NCBI GenBank assembly: GCA_050014255.1 | Contig: JBEKDR010000002.1 | Location: forward strand, 267 to 64,266 | Source: Bacteroidales bacterium | GTDB taxonomy: Bacteria > Bacteroidota > Bacteroidia > Bacteroidales > VadinHA17 | Direction of reading: 5' to 3' | Length of the DNA: 64,000 nucleotides | Part shown: piece after piece, positions 20,591 through 29,782 of the stretch | Layout of the letters: each line of letters starts with the position of its first letter | Numbering within the stretch: position 1 is the first letter of the stretch | Notes under the pieces: model-generated | What the model was told of the DNA's origin: nothing | The model's database searches: none | Seen by the model: the letters and a program-made list of their open reading frames with translations, nothing else | Made by a program: the position numbers and the translations under genes

Positions 20591-21478
20591 ATGAGCCTAG
20601 CAGAATTAGTACAAAGCAGCGGGTGGAAAAATTTCATCGCTAAACTATATGGTTTAGGTGCTTCCGTAGTTATTATTGGTGCACTTTTTAAAATACAGCA
20701 CTGGCCACTGGCAGGAACCATGCTTACTATTGGCCTTCTGACTGAAGCAGTGATTTTCTTCTTTTCAGCTTTTGAACCATTACATGAAGAGGTTGACTGG
20801 TCTCTGGTATATCCTGAGCTTGCAGGAATTCCGGAAGATGAGACCCCGGAGCTTGCAGCACATGGAGGAAAATACCATGGTGGTGTTTCTGGCGGCGGCG
20901 GAGGTTATGGTGGCGGTTCCGGAGCAGTTGCCCTTGCTAAATTTGATGAGATGCTTGAGAAGGCAGAAATTTCTCCTGATTTATTCCAAAAACTGGGTGT
21001 CGGAATGAAAAAGCTTAGCGAATCAACCGCTAACATTAATGCCATGGGAGATATCTCAGCAGCTTCTTCAAAGTATATGAATACCATTAACAATGCTAAT
21101 GATTCACTTGGAAAACTATCAGACTCATACCAGTCAACAGCAAAATTAATTAATGAAACAGGTTCAACATATCGTAATATGGCTGATTCATTATCAGTTA
21201 TTGAAGTAGGTGGAAAATCATATCAGCAACAACTTGAATCACTTAATAAAAACCTTTCTGCGCTCAATGCAGTTTATGAACTCCAGCGTAAAGGAGCAGA
21301 TGCACATCTGAAAGAATCTGATTCGCTCTATAAAGGAATTCAGGGCTTAATGAAAGATCTTTCAGAATCAGCCGGTGATACTAAAAAATACCGCGAACAG
21401 ATAACTAAGCTTAACGATAACCTTTCGGCATTGAACAATGTCTATGGGAATATGCTCGCTGCTATGAATGTTAAATAA
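20591..21478 (+). CDS. gldL: T9SS motor component GldL/PorL
   Basis: The N-terminus WKNFIAKLYGLGASVVIIGALFKIQHWP has two TM helices. A Gly-rich linker and a coiled-coil-like C-terminus follow. Confidence 0.85.
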   Translation: MSLAELVQSSGWKNFIAKLYGLGASVVIIGALFKIQHWPLAGTMLTIGLLTEAVIFFFSAFEPLHEEVDWSLVYPELAGIPEDETPELAAHGGKYHGGVSGGGGGYGGGSGAVALAKFDEMLEKAEISPDLFQKLGVGMKKLSESTANINAMGDISAASSKYMNTINNANDSLGKLSDSYQSTAKLINETGSTYRNMADSLSVIEVGGKSYQQQLESLNKNLSALNAVYELQRKGADAHLKESDSLYKGIQGLMKDLSESAGDTKKYREQITKLNDNLSALNNVYGNMLAAMNVK

Positions 21479-21513
21479 CGTGGCTTATTTTATCTAACTA
21501 AACTACCTACAAA

Positions 21514-23118
21514 ATGGCTCACGAAAAGCTATCTCCGCGGCAAAAGATGATCGGTATGATGTACCTGGTCCTTACCGCTATGCTTGCACTTAATGTTTCA
21601 AAGGAGGCTGTTGAAGCATTTAGAAAAGTTGATAACGGTCTTACTCAGACGATTAAAAACTATTCACTGAAAAATGATGTAATATATCGCGATTTCGACA
21701 GAGCTGCTGCTGAAAACCCCACAAAAGCAGGCAAATACAAAACACTTGCATACCAGGTTAAAGATCGGGCAGATGAGGCATACAATTTTATACAGGGCCT
21801 TAAGATCGAAATAATCAAAAAAACTGAAAAGGATCCTGAAACTCCGGCCGTTAAAGGAAATGAAGTTATTATGGACAAAGTTGAAAGGCATATCGATGAT
21901 ACCAACGTACCATCTGAAATTCTGATCGGAGCCAATGAAAACGGGAAAGCAAACGATCTTAAAGCTCTTCTTGCTGAGTACCGACAATTTCTTATTACAA
22001 CACTTGACGGTAAAAATCCTACGGCTGAAGCGGCTTTGAAAAAAAGCCTTAGCACCGATGACGGGATAAATAAAGATGGCGAAAAGGAACGCTGGGAAAA
22101 TTTTAATTTCCAGACTTTACCTCTTGTTGCAGTTATTTGTATTCTGTCAGAATATCAGGTAAACGTGAGAAACGGGGAGACTGAAGTTCTTAACTATCTC
22201 TATTCTCAGATTGATGCATCATCGTTTAAGTTTACTTCGCTCAAACCTATTGTTATGGCAAATTCCAATTATGTGACAGTGGGAAGCGATTATGAAGCCA
22301 GGGTATTTATCTCTGCTACCGATACAACACAATCCCCTGTAATTACTGTAAACGATGCCGTGCTGCCTCTTGATGAAACAGGAAAAGGGATATACAAAGT
22401 TCATGCAAGTTCGGTCGGGACTAAAAAATGGGGTGGGATAATTGCTCTTAAAGCTCCCAATGGCAGTACAATTAACTACTCCTTTGATGAATCATATGTT
22501 GTTGGTGAACCAAATGTTATTGTGTCTCCCACAGCAATGAATGTTATGTACATAGGTATCCCTAACCCCATTGACGTTTCTGTACCAAGTATAAGTCCTG
22601 ATAAGATAAAGATAAAAGTTGTTAATGGTAGTTTTTCTACAGACAGAGTTAAAAAGTCGGGTGGACAGGATTATTTTAAAGGCAGCTGGGCTGTTAAGCC
22701 AAATGCTGTCGGACAGGATGTTCAGGTTATTGTAACAGCCGATATTAATGGTAAACTAACTCAGTATGCTCCCTACCCATTCAGGGTAAAACCTCTTCCA
22801 ACTCCTATTGCTCAGTTTGCACAAAAAAGCACGGGAAGTGTTCCAAGGGCTACAGCTGCAGCTCAACAGGGAGTGTTTGCGACCATGCCGGATTTCGACT
22901 TTGATCTTCAATACACGGTTACCGGATTTACAATCCTTTATTCGGATAAGGGTAACGATTATGAAGAATCAAGCACAAACAGCAATCTTACTCCTAAACA
23001 AAAAGACCTGATCAGCAGGCTGACAAGAGGTAAATACTTAACTATAAAAGATATTAAGGCGCTCGGACCCGATGGCAAGACAAAAGACCTTCAGCCAGTA
23101 ATTTTGAAGATTGATTAA
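21514..23118 (+). CDS. gldM: T9SS component GldM/PorM
   Basis: The N-terminus KLSPRQKMIGMMYLVLTAMLALNVSKE is the hallmark GldM TM segment. 534 aa. Confidence 0.9.
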   Translation: MAHEKLSPRQKMIGMMYLVLTAMLALNVSKEAVEAFRKVDNGLTQTIKNYSLKNDVIYRDFDRAAAENPTKAGKYKTLAYQVKDRADEAYNFIQGLKIEIIKKTEKDPETPAVKGNEVIMDKVERHIDDTNVPSEILIGANENGKANDLKALLAEYRQFLITTLDGKNPTAEAALKKSLSTDDGINKDGEKERWENFNFQTLPLVAVICILSEYQVNVRNGETEVLNYLYSQIDASSFKFTSLKPIVMANSNYVTVGSDYEARVFISATDTTQSPVITVNDAVLPLDETGKGIYKVHASSVGTKKWGGIIALKAPNGSTINYSFDESYVVGEPNVIVSPTAMNVMYIGIPNPIDVSVPSISPDKIKIKVVNGSFSTDRVKKSGGQDYFKGSWAVKPNAVGQDVQVIVTADINGKLTQYAPYPFRVKPLPTPIAQFAQKSTGSVPRATAAAQQGVFATMPDFDFDLQYTVTGFTILYSDKGNDYEESSTNSNLTPKQKDLISRLTRGKYLTIKDIKALGPDGKTKDLQPVILKID

Positions 23119-23138
23119 TATCAAAATAAATAACCATC

Positions 23139-23963
23139 ATGAATAGGAAAATTCTTTTTGGAATTATAGCACTTTCACTTTCAGGTATTGTAAATGCCCA
23201 GAGTTTCGGGGATATTTACAAGAAATCGATTGTGGATGCAAAAAAGATTGAATACCCTTATCTGCGTGAAGCCGATGTTATCTGGGCCAGATATTATTAC
23301 CGCCTGATCGATCTGCGTGAAAAGATCAATCAACCATTGTACTATCCAACGGAACCAACTCTCGACGGGAGGAAAAGTTTTATAAATATCCTGCTTGATG
23401 AAATTAAAGCCGGCAGACTTACAGCATATGATCCTCTTAACACAAAGGCGCCTACAACTTACAGTGATATTGAGTTAAAAATGGGAGCCACCTCAAAAAC
23501 TGAATCAATAACTATCAATGCCGCCGGAGCCTCACGGGATACCGTTATTAAGCAGGATGCAAAACCGGAGGAAGTAAAACTATTGCTGCTTTATGAAGAA
23601 TGGTATTTTGATAAAAAACTATCTAGACTCGATGTAAGAATAATTGCTATTGAACCATATTATGTGGCTTTTGATGTGCAGGCCAATAAAGTCCTCAGGA
23701 AGCCCTTGTTCTGGATTAAATATGATGAAGTGAGAGACGTTCTCGCAAAACAGGAGGTTTATATGAATAATAATGATGCTCAGAGAATGTCTTATGACGA
23801 TCTTTTTATGCAACGAAGATTCGAGGGTGTAATTGCCGGTGAATCAAATGTCTATAACGACCGTATGATTAATCAATACGAGGTTGGAAAGGCAACTCTT
23901 TTTGAAGCTGAACGTATTAAAACCGAACTGTTTAACTTTGAACACGATCTTTGGGAATACTAA
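23139..23963 (+). CDS. gldN: T9SS periplasmic ring component GldN/PorN
   Basis: Signal peptide, 274 aa, and last gene of the gldKLMN unit. Assignment rests on family resemblance plus synteny. Confidence 0.75.
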   Translation: MNRKILFGIIALSLSGIVNAQSFGDIYKKSIVDAKKIEYPYLREADVIWARYYYRLIDLREKINQPLYYPTEPTLDGRKSFINILLDEIKAGRLTAYDPLNTKAPTTYSDIELKMGATSKTESITINAAGASRDTVIKQDAKPEEVKLLLLYEEWYFDKKLSRLDVRIIAIEPYYVAFDVQANKVLRKPLFWIKYDEVRDVLAKQEVYMNNNDAQRMSYDDLFMQRRFEGVIAGESNVYNDRMINQYEVGKATLFEAERIKTELFNFEHDLWEY

Positions 23964-23974
23964 ATATATTGTAT

Positions 23975-24010
23975 AAAAAAAGAGGCTGTTCTTCAACAGC
24001 CTCTTTTTTT
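23975..24010. terminator. Rho-independent, potentially bidirectional terminator after gldN
   Basis: The sequence is aaaaaa-AGAGGCTGTT-cttc-AACAGCCTCT-ttttttt. This is a perfect 10-bp stem with an A tract upstream and a T tract downstream. Confidence 0.8.
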
Positions 24011-24014
24011 GTCC

Positions 24015-24117
24015 CTATCTTAAACCCCCCTGCCCCTCTAAAGGGGGGTTAAATCTCGATTTTAAGAATATTTTCTTTATGTAAGAAGTTAGCCCCCCTT
24101 TAAGGGGGATGGGGGGC
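24015..24117. mobile_element. MITE-like element, family A, copy 1
   Basis: Left arm cccccctgcccctctaaaggggggttaaatctcg. Right arm ttagcccccctttaagggggatggggggc. The arms are imperfect inverted repeats. It lies between the convergent gldN and manC. Confidence 0.6.
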
Positions 24118-24121
24118 TCTT

Positions 24122-25207
24122 CTACAGATATTTTTCTTTAGTCGAGTTCTTTACATCCTCAAGGTATTGCTTGATATTTTGTTCTTCCTCCTTTTTTACT
24201 ATCAAAAGGACATCATCTGAATCAACTACAATATAATCTTTGAGTCCCTGGAGAACAGCAATTTTCCCTGGAGAAATATTAAAAATATTCCTTTCATTTT
24301 CGTACGAAAATACTTCTCCCCTGATCAACGAGTTTCCCTCTATGTCGACAGACGAATGTTCATAAAGCGAACTCCAGGTTCCAAGATCGGACCAACCTAT
24401 ATCTGTACACATAACATATACATTCCCCGCTTTTTCCATAATCCCGTAATCAATTGAAATGCTTCTGCATTCAGCATAAGTCTTTCCAATAAAGTTCTTT
24501 TCCTGTTTTGTTCCAAACAGATCTTTGCCTTCATTGAACACGGTATACATATCAGGCATATGTCTCTCAAATGCCGAAAGTATTGCCTTTATATTCCAGA
24601 TGAATATTCCTGAATTCCAGTAAAAGTCACCACTTTCAATAAAGACCTTTGCAAGGTCAATATCCGGTTTTTCTGTAAATGTCTTAACCTTCAAAAGGTT
24701 TTTATGGCCTTTGACTGGTTTCTTCTGATCGGCCTGTATATACCCGTATCCAGTCTCGGGTCTGTCGGGTTTTATTCCAAGAGTAATAAGTGCATCATTC
24801 CCTTCCGCAAAGTCAAAGCAGTTTTGAATAACATCGCTGAATTTTTCTTCTTTAACAATCAGATGATCAGCCGGAGTAACTACAATTACCGCATCCGGAT
24901 TTTCCTTTAAAATCCTGAATGTTCCATAGGCAAGACATGGTGCAGTATTTCGGCGAAAAGGTTCTCCAAGTACTTGGGCAGGATCGATCTCCAGTTGTTC
25001 AATTACAATATCTTTATGTTCAGCATTTGTAACTACAAAAATATTTTTTTCAGGACAGCTTTTTTTAAATCGCCTGTACGTTTGTTGAATCAGGGTTTCC
25101 CCATTTCCGACAATATCGAGAAATTGTTTAGGTCTTTCACGACGGCTCAGAGGCCAGAAACGGCTTCCTACCCCTCCTGCCATAATAATTACATACCTGT
25201 TATCCAT
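24122..25207 (-). CDS. manC: Mannose-1-phosphate guanylyltransferase
   Basis: The motif IIMAGGVGSRFWPLSRRERPKQF is the nucleotidyltransferase signature. At 361 aa it has no cupin/PMI domain. Confidence 0.85.
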   Translation of the reverse strand: MDNRYVIIMAGGVGSRFWPLSRRERPKQFLDIVGNGETLIQQTYRRFKKSCPEKNIFVVTNAEHKDIVIEQLEIDPAQVLGEPFRRNTAPCLAYGTFRILKENPDAVIVVTPADHLIVKEEKFSDVIQNCFDFAEGNDALITLGIKPDRPETGYGYIQADQKKPVKGHKNLLKVKTFTEKPDIDLAKVFIESGDFYWNSGIFIWNIKAILSAFERHMPDMYTVFNEGKDLFGTKQEKNFIGKTYAECRSISIDYGIMEKAGNVYVMCTDIGWSDLGTWSSLYEHSSVDIEGNSLIRGEVFSYENERNIFNISPGKIAVLQGLKDYIVVDSDDVLLIVKKEEEQNIKQYLEDVKNSTKEKYL

Positions 25208-25234
25208 TAGAAATATTTATTACAAAAATTTGTA

Positions 25235-25242
25235 CAAATATA
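25235..25242 (-). promoter_or_regulatory. -7 promoter box (TATATTTG) for manC
   Basis: The reverse complement of caaatata matches TAnnTTTG, 28 nt upstream of the manC ATG. Confidence 0.45.
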
Positions 25243-25301
25243 TAATTAATTATGCATACAGGATTCAAAATCCTTATTAACGGAAATACCATAAATATTA
25301 G

Positions 25302-25309
25302 TAATTTTG
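25302..25309 (+). promoter_or_regulatory. -7 promoter box (TAATTTTG) for mlaE
   Basis: Exact TAnnTTTG match 21 nt upstream of the ATG at 25330. This supports the shorter mlaE start. Confidence 0.45.
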
Positions 25310-25329
25310 AGGTTCTTAAATATAAAAGA

Positions 25330-26073
25330 ATGATTAAATTCCTTACACAACTCGGGCGTTATTTCCTGCTCCTGAAGAAGGTATTTTCAAAGCCGGAAAA
25401 ACCGGTTCTTTATTACAAACAAACAATGAGGGAGTTTGTATTTCTGGGTCTGAATTCAATTGGTATCATTGCCATTATCTCCTTCTTTATGGGAGCGGTT
25501 ATAACATTGCAAACAGCTTATAACACAGAAAATCCTATTTATCCCAAGTATCTTATCGGTCTCGGTTGCCGCGATTCAATGATCCTTGAGTTTTCATCCA
25601 CGATTGCTGCACTCATCCTGGCCGGAAAAGTCGGTTCTAATATCGCATCTGAAATCGGAACAATGAGGGTTACAGAACAAATAGACGCACTTGAGATAAT
25701 GGGAGTAAATTCTGCTTCTTACCTGATACTTCCAAAAATGATTGCAACCCTTGTCTTTAATCCGTTTCTGACTCTGCTCGCAATAATTATCGGGATTTTC
25801 GGTGGGTGGATAGCCGGCACTCTTGCCGGAGTAATTACTTCGGAGAATTTTATTTATGGAATCCAATATGCATTTATACCTTACTATATTACATATTCAT
25901 TAATAAAAACGGTATTCTTTGCCTTTATAATAACCAGTGTTTCCGCTTTTCAGGGATACTACGTTGATGGCGGATCACTTGAAGTAGGTCGTGCAAGCAC
26001 GAAAGCTGTTGTCTACAGCAGTGTATTAATATTACTATTCAATGTAATACTGACTCAAATTCTGCTTTCATGA
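25330..26073 (+). CDS. mlaE: ABC transporter permease, MlaE family
   Basis: MIKFLTQLGRYFLLLKKVFSKPEK is a typical MlaE N-terminus. Multi-pass membrane protein with an ATGA overlap onto the ATPase gene. Confidence 0.8.
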   Translation: MIKFLTQLGRYFLLLKKVFSKPEKPVLYYKQTMREFVFLGLNSIGIIAIISFFMGAVITLQTAYNTENPIYPKYLIGLGCRDSMILEFSSTIAALILAGKVGSNIASEIGTMRVTEQIDALEIMGVNSASYLILPKMIATLVFNPFLTLLAIIIGIFGGWIAGTLAGVITSENFIYGIQYAFIPYYITYSLIKTVFFAFIITSVSAFQGYYVDGGSLEVGRASTKAVVYSSVLILLFNVILTQILLS

Positions 26074-26825
26074 TAAGTATTAAAAACCTAAATAAATCAT
26101 TCAATGGAAAATTAGTCCTTGACAATATCTCGGTTAACTTCGAAGCTGGAAAAACCAACCTTATAATTGGCAGGAGCGGGTCTGGAAAAACTGTGTTGCT
26201 TAAATCTATCGTAGGACTTCATGAGATTGATAGCGGAGAAATCTGGTACGAGGACCTGTTATTTAATAAACTCGATTTTGCCGGGAAAAAAAAGATCAGG
26301 AGCGAGATGGGAATGCTATTTCAGGGTAGCGCCCTGTTCGATTCATTGACAGTCGAACAGAATGTCCGGTTTCCTCTCGATATGTTCACGGATAGTTCCG
26401 AAGAAGAGAAAACTGAAAGAGTAAATTTTTGTCTCAACAGAGTCGACATTATCAATGCCAACAATCTATTTCCTTCTGAATTATCCGGGGGAATGAAGAA
26501 AAGAGTGGCAATCGCAAGGGCAATAGCATTAAATCCCAAGTATCTCTTTTGTGATGAACCCAATTCCGGTCTCGATCCCATTACAGCCATCCTTATTGAT
26601 GCACTTATCAAAGAACTGACAGAAGAGTATACAATGACAACAATTGTAAATACTCACGATATGAATTCCGTAATGGAGAATGGAGAAAAAATCATTTTTA
26701 TAAGTGAAGGCGTTAAATGCTGGGAAGGGAATAAAAATGAAATTCTCAATTCAGACTGTGGAACACTTAATGATTTTGTATTTGCAAACTCTCTCGCGAA
26801 AAAGCTTAGAAAAGTAAGTAAATAA
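26070..26825 (+). CDS. mlaF: ABC transporter ATP-binding protein, MlaF family
   Basis: Walker A GRSGSGKT, ABC signature LSGGMKKR and Walker B LFCDEP. Confidence 0.85.
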   Translation: MISIKNLNKSFNGKLVLDNISVNFEAGKTNLIIGRSGSGKTVLLKSIVGLHEIDSGEIWYEDLLFNKLDFAGKKKIRSEMGMLFQGSALFDSLTVEQNVRFPLDMFTDSSEEEKTERVNFCLNRVDIINANNLFPSELSGGMKKRVAIARAIALNPKYLFCDEPNSGLDPITAILIDALIKELTEEYTMTTIVNTHDMNSVMENGEKIIFISEGVKCWEGNKNEILNSDCGTLNDFVFANSLAKKLRKVSK

Positions 26826-26834
26826 CCGTGAGCT

Positions 26835-27023
26835 CTATTTTTTAATTTCTTCGTAGTCGATATATTCACCTATTTCCTTGGAAACCTTTTTGGGAGGCAT
26901 ATTATTTTTTCTATCCGTTTTGTTTATGCGTGATGAAGACCTCCCCTCTTTCCCGAAATTTATGAAAGATCTGATTATCAGATAACCAATTATGCTAATT
27001 AATATATATCGAATTAGAATCAT
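26835..27023 (-). CDS. Small membrane protein, DUF4834-like
   Basis: Start taken at the internal Met (MILIRYILISIIGYLIIRSF, one TM helix). A basic linker is followed by the C-terminal GEYIDYEEIKK, which resembles the DUF4834 C-terminal motif. The family call is from memory. Confidence 0.45.
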   Translation of the reverse strand: MILIRYILISIIGYLIIRSFINFGKEGRSSSRINKTDRKNNMPPKKVSKEIGEYIDYEEIKK

Positions 27024-27126
27024 ATGTTTTTTAATCGTCCTTCTTCCCTTTGTGTCACTTTGTGCGTACTTCGTGTTCCCACTCAAAGGATAACACTAAG
27101 GTTCACAAAGGTATTTTTAATCTCCT

Positions 27127-28599
27127 CTATTCCATCAGAATCATTGGCTTATCATTTTTTTCCTTGGATCTGTTCCCAAATACCAGGTTCATTCCTAACC
27201 TTAAATTAAATGTATTCCAGTTAGCCGGAAGAGGAATGGAGCTGTTATCATTTTTAATTATATTCCACATAATTGGAATTCTGTCGGTGACCAGATAAAA
27301 CTGAGCTACGCCGGCTCTGAAGGCCAGTCCTGCGCCAAGATTATCCCACTGATAATTTTCAGCTGTATAACTCAGACTTGTTGAAAAAGCATTACCGAGG
27401 TTAATATTTGCAGATAAAGTCAGAGCTTCTCTTATCTGGCTTCCAATTATCTTGCTGTATGATAGCAGGCCTAAAGTGATTTGTTTTGTAACATTATAGC
27501 TTCCACCAAGTAAAATACCAAAAGGAAGATAAGTTGTAAATGGTGCTTTCGTCTGCGAAACAACGAATGCGTTCTTAAGCGAATCAAGCATATCTTTTCC
27601 AACTTCATCAATAGTTTTTGTTCCATTAAAAACATCCAGCATATTTAAGCCACTGAATTCAAATTGGTTATTGGCCTTTAAGTTTGTTATATCTTTAGTC
27701 CATCTTATAAATCCGAGATCAGTAATGGAAGCTGAAATAACTATCCTGTCAGTAAGATCATAAGTAGCCCCGATATCCAGACCCAGACCCGTGTTCTTTT
27801 TTCCTGAAAAAAAGTCAGATATGCCACTGGATGTCTTAAACCTGTTATTATCAAACACAACACTGTCGATATTATGTTTTGAATCCATATAAACATTCAC
27901 CGGACCACTTATATTAACAGCCAGGTTCGCATCGAAAATATGACTGTAATCATCATTCACAGTTACCCCTAATGACTTGTTGTCAATTGAGGCGTCAGCA
28001 ATTCCGAATAGCAGTTTGCCCTTTATTCCAATCCTTAATTTATCAGTAAAATTTCTTGAATATCCTACTCCAAACTCCCGGTAATATTTTATATCGCCCC
28101 TCAGGGAGGATAGATCTATTTTGCTCCCAACAAATTCTTCATTCCCTTTTAAAGCAAGTTTAAAAAGATCTCCCGGCAGCACAATATTTCCATCAATCCG
28201 GTCATTTATATCGAGAAAAACATACCCGTCTTTCCCAACTGAAAATCCAACTCCCAATAATTGAATTGTAGCTTCAGGTTCTATTGAATTTTTGTCCTTT
28301 ATCTTGGCAAGGAACTTATCAACATCATAATCGGGATGAAGAAATGAAATTATTGAATCTTTTGGCTGACCCTTCATGAATATATCCGAAAAGTTCACAA
28401 AATTGTTGTTTATATTCAGATTAATGCCTGATACTACCGGTAATCCGATATATACAGAATTGGAAGGTCTTAATGCAGGATTTAACATATGATTCTGAGG
28501 CAGGTTCATAAAGTACATTACCTGACTGTTCTGAGCTGATGCGTCAGAAAGGATAACTGCCAATATTAAGATAAGAATATATGTTTTTTTCCCAGTCAT
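27127..28599 (-). CDS. Outer-membrane beta-barrel protein with a PorP/SprF-like N-terminal motif (possibly DUF5723-type)
   Basis: The signal peptide ends ASAQ. It is followed by NSQVMYFMNLPQNHMLNPALRP, comparable to SQYMFNTLTFNPGVAG in porP. Alternating beta-strand-like sequence runs throughout. Confidence 0.5.
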   Translation of the reverse strand: MTGKKTYILILILAVILSDASAQNSQVMYFMNLPQNHMLNPALRPSNSVYIGLPVVSGINLNINNNFVNFSDIFMKGQPKDSIISFLHPDYDVDKFLAKIKDKNSIEPEATIQLLGVGFSVGKDGYVFLDINDRIDGNIVLPGDLFKLALKGNEEFVGSKIDLSSLRGDIKYYREFGVGYSRNFTDKLRIGIKGKLLFGIADASIDNKSLGVTVNDDYSHIFDANLAVNISGPVNVYMDSKHNIDSVVFDNNRFKTSSGISDFFSGKKNTGLGLDIGATYDLTDRIVISASITDLGFIRWTKDITNLKANNQFEFSGLNMLDVFNGTKTIDEVGKDMLDSLKNAFVVSQTKAPFTTYLPFGILLGGSYNVTKQITLGLLSYSKIIGSQIREALTLSANINLGNAFSTSLSYTAENYQWDNLGAGLAFRAGVAQFYLVTDRIPIMWNIIKNDNSSIPLPANWNTFNLRLGMNLVFGNRSKEKNDKPMILME

Positions 28600-28618
28600 A
28601 TAATTTGCTTATAAAAGT

Positions 28619-29782
28619 TCAATTTAGGTTTATTACCGGTTTAACAACCAGGGAGGCATTGAAACTAATCCTGTAATCGGAATAGATCTTAACTTCCTGT
28701 GATCCGTTCCCTGTAGTGCTGAAAGTAAACCTGAAGATGATCTTATCAGCATTATTGACATAGCTGAAAAACTCTCTGGTAAATTCGACGGTGGTAGAAG
28801 TTTCCGTGACACCAGTGACTTTGCCGTTACTGTCGACTGGTGCAGGATCAAGAATATCTGTTGCCTCAACAGTACTTTTAATAGAATTCGTCGATGAATC
28901 ATAGAGGTTCATTTTCAGGGCAGCCCCGAGAGGGAACCCGTTTTTTGCTGAAATATTAATACGCAACGACTGGAAGTCTTCCGGTTTCACAGGATTATTC
29001 TTCCCATTGCTCTTTTCTTGTAAGAAATTATCGACAGTATCTGTAAACTGAAGATTATTTATCTCTAAATCCATAGGTATATCAATTTCGAGCGATCCGG
29101 TGAGATGGTTGGGACCTAAAATATTGTCGCCGGTCTGACTGCTTTTCACTGATGAAGTCATTATCGCAGTACCTGAAAAATTAACCACTTCGGGAGGAAT
29201 TGAAATTATATCCGGTAAATTGGAGTTGGTCTTATCTATTATATATGAAGCTGTTATCTCCTGCTGGATCGGGATATTCGGGACAGCCAGGGGAAATGGC
29301 GCCAGATTGAGATTAATTGTTTTATTTTCCCCTGTTCCTGAGGCAATTAAATTAATTTTAATGGAATCCGGAAAAGAATTGGAATAATTAAATTTTATTG
29401 AAGGATTCAGAAACTGAAAATTTCCCGTGATGTGATTTAAAATTTTATGAATATTCAGATCGTAGCTGGTCGGATCAATAATTGCTGTCTTCTTAACGAG
29501 AGTTCCTTTTGAAAAATCGGACATCTTTAACTCGACCACAGAGTCTTTTTTGAAGACGAGTGTAACAAAGTTGTTCTGATCGTATACTACAGTATCATTA
29601 GCTTTTACAATGTCACTGAGTGAAATATCACCCTTAACCGCAGATATCGCCAGAGTAGGTGAAAGAATCGCCTGTTTCGAGAGCATATTCATATTGTAGG
29701 TCTCTTTTATGCAACAGGTCAGTGAGAGAGTCATTATAATTGAAATAAACAGGAATGATCTTTTAATCATAATCTTTCTCAT
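28619..29782 (-). CDS. Hypothetical lipoprotein
   Basis: The signal MRKIMIKRSFLFISIIMTLSLTCC contains Cys. The start overlaps the upstream gene's stop as ATGA. No family recognised. Confidence 0.45.
   Translation of the reverse strand: MRKIMIKRSFLFISIIMTLSLTCCIKETYNMNMLSKQAILSPTLAISAVKGDISLSDIVKANDTVVYDQNNFVTLVFKKDSVVELKMSDFSKGTLVKKTAIIDPTSYDLNIHKILNHITGNFQFLNPSIKFNYSNSFPDSIKINLIASGTGENKTINLNLAPFPLAVPNIPIQQEITASYIIDKTNSNLPDIISIPPEVVNFSGTAIMTSSVKSSQTGDNILGPNHLTGSLEIDIPMDLEINNLQFTDTVDNFLQEKSNGKNNPVKPEDFQSLRINISAKNGFPLGAALKMNLYDSSTNSIKSTVEATDILDPAPVDSNGKVTGVTETSTTVEFTREFFSYVNNADKIIFRFTFSTTGNGSQEVKIYSDYRISFNASLVVKPVINLN

Noticed and set aside
20868-20935. A glycine-rich, GGN-repetitive tract in gldL (HGGKYHGGVSGGGGGYGGGSGA), considered as a possible slippage or frameshift site.
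   Set aside because: The reading frame is continuous and the flanking GldL domains are intact. It is interpreted as a flexible linker.
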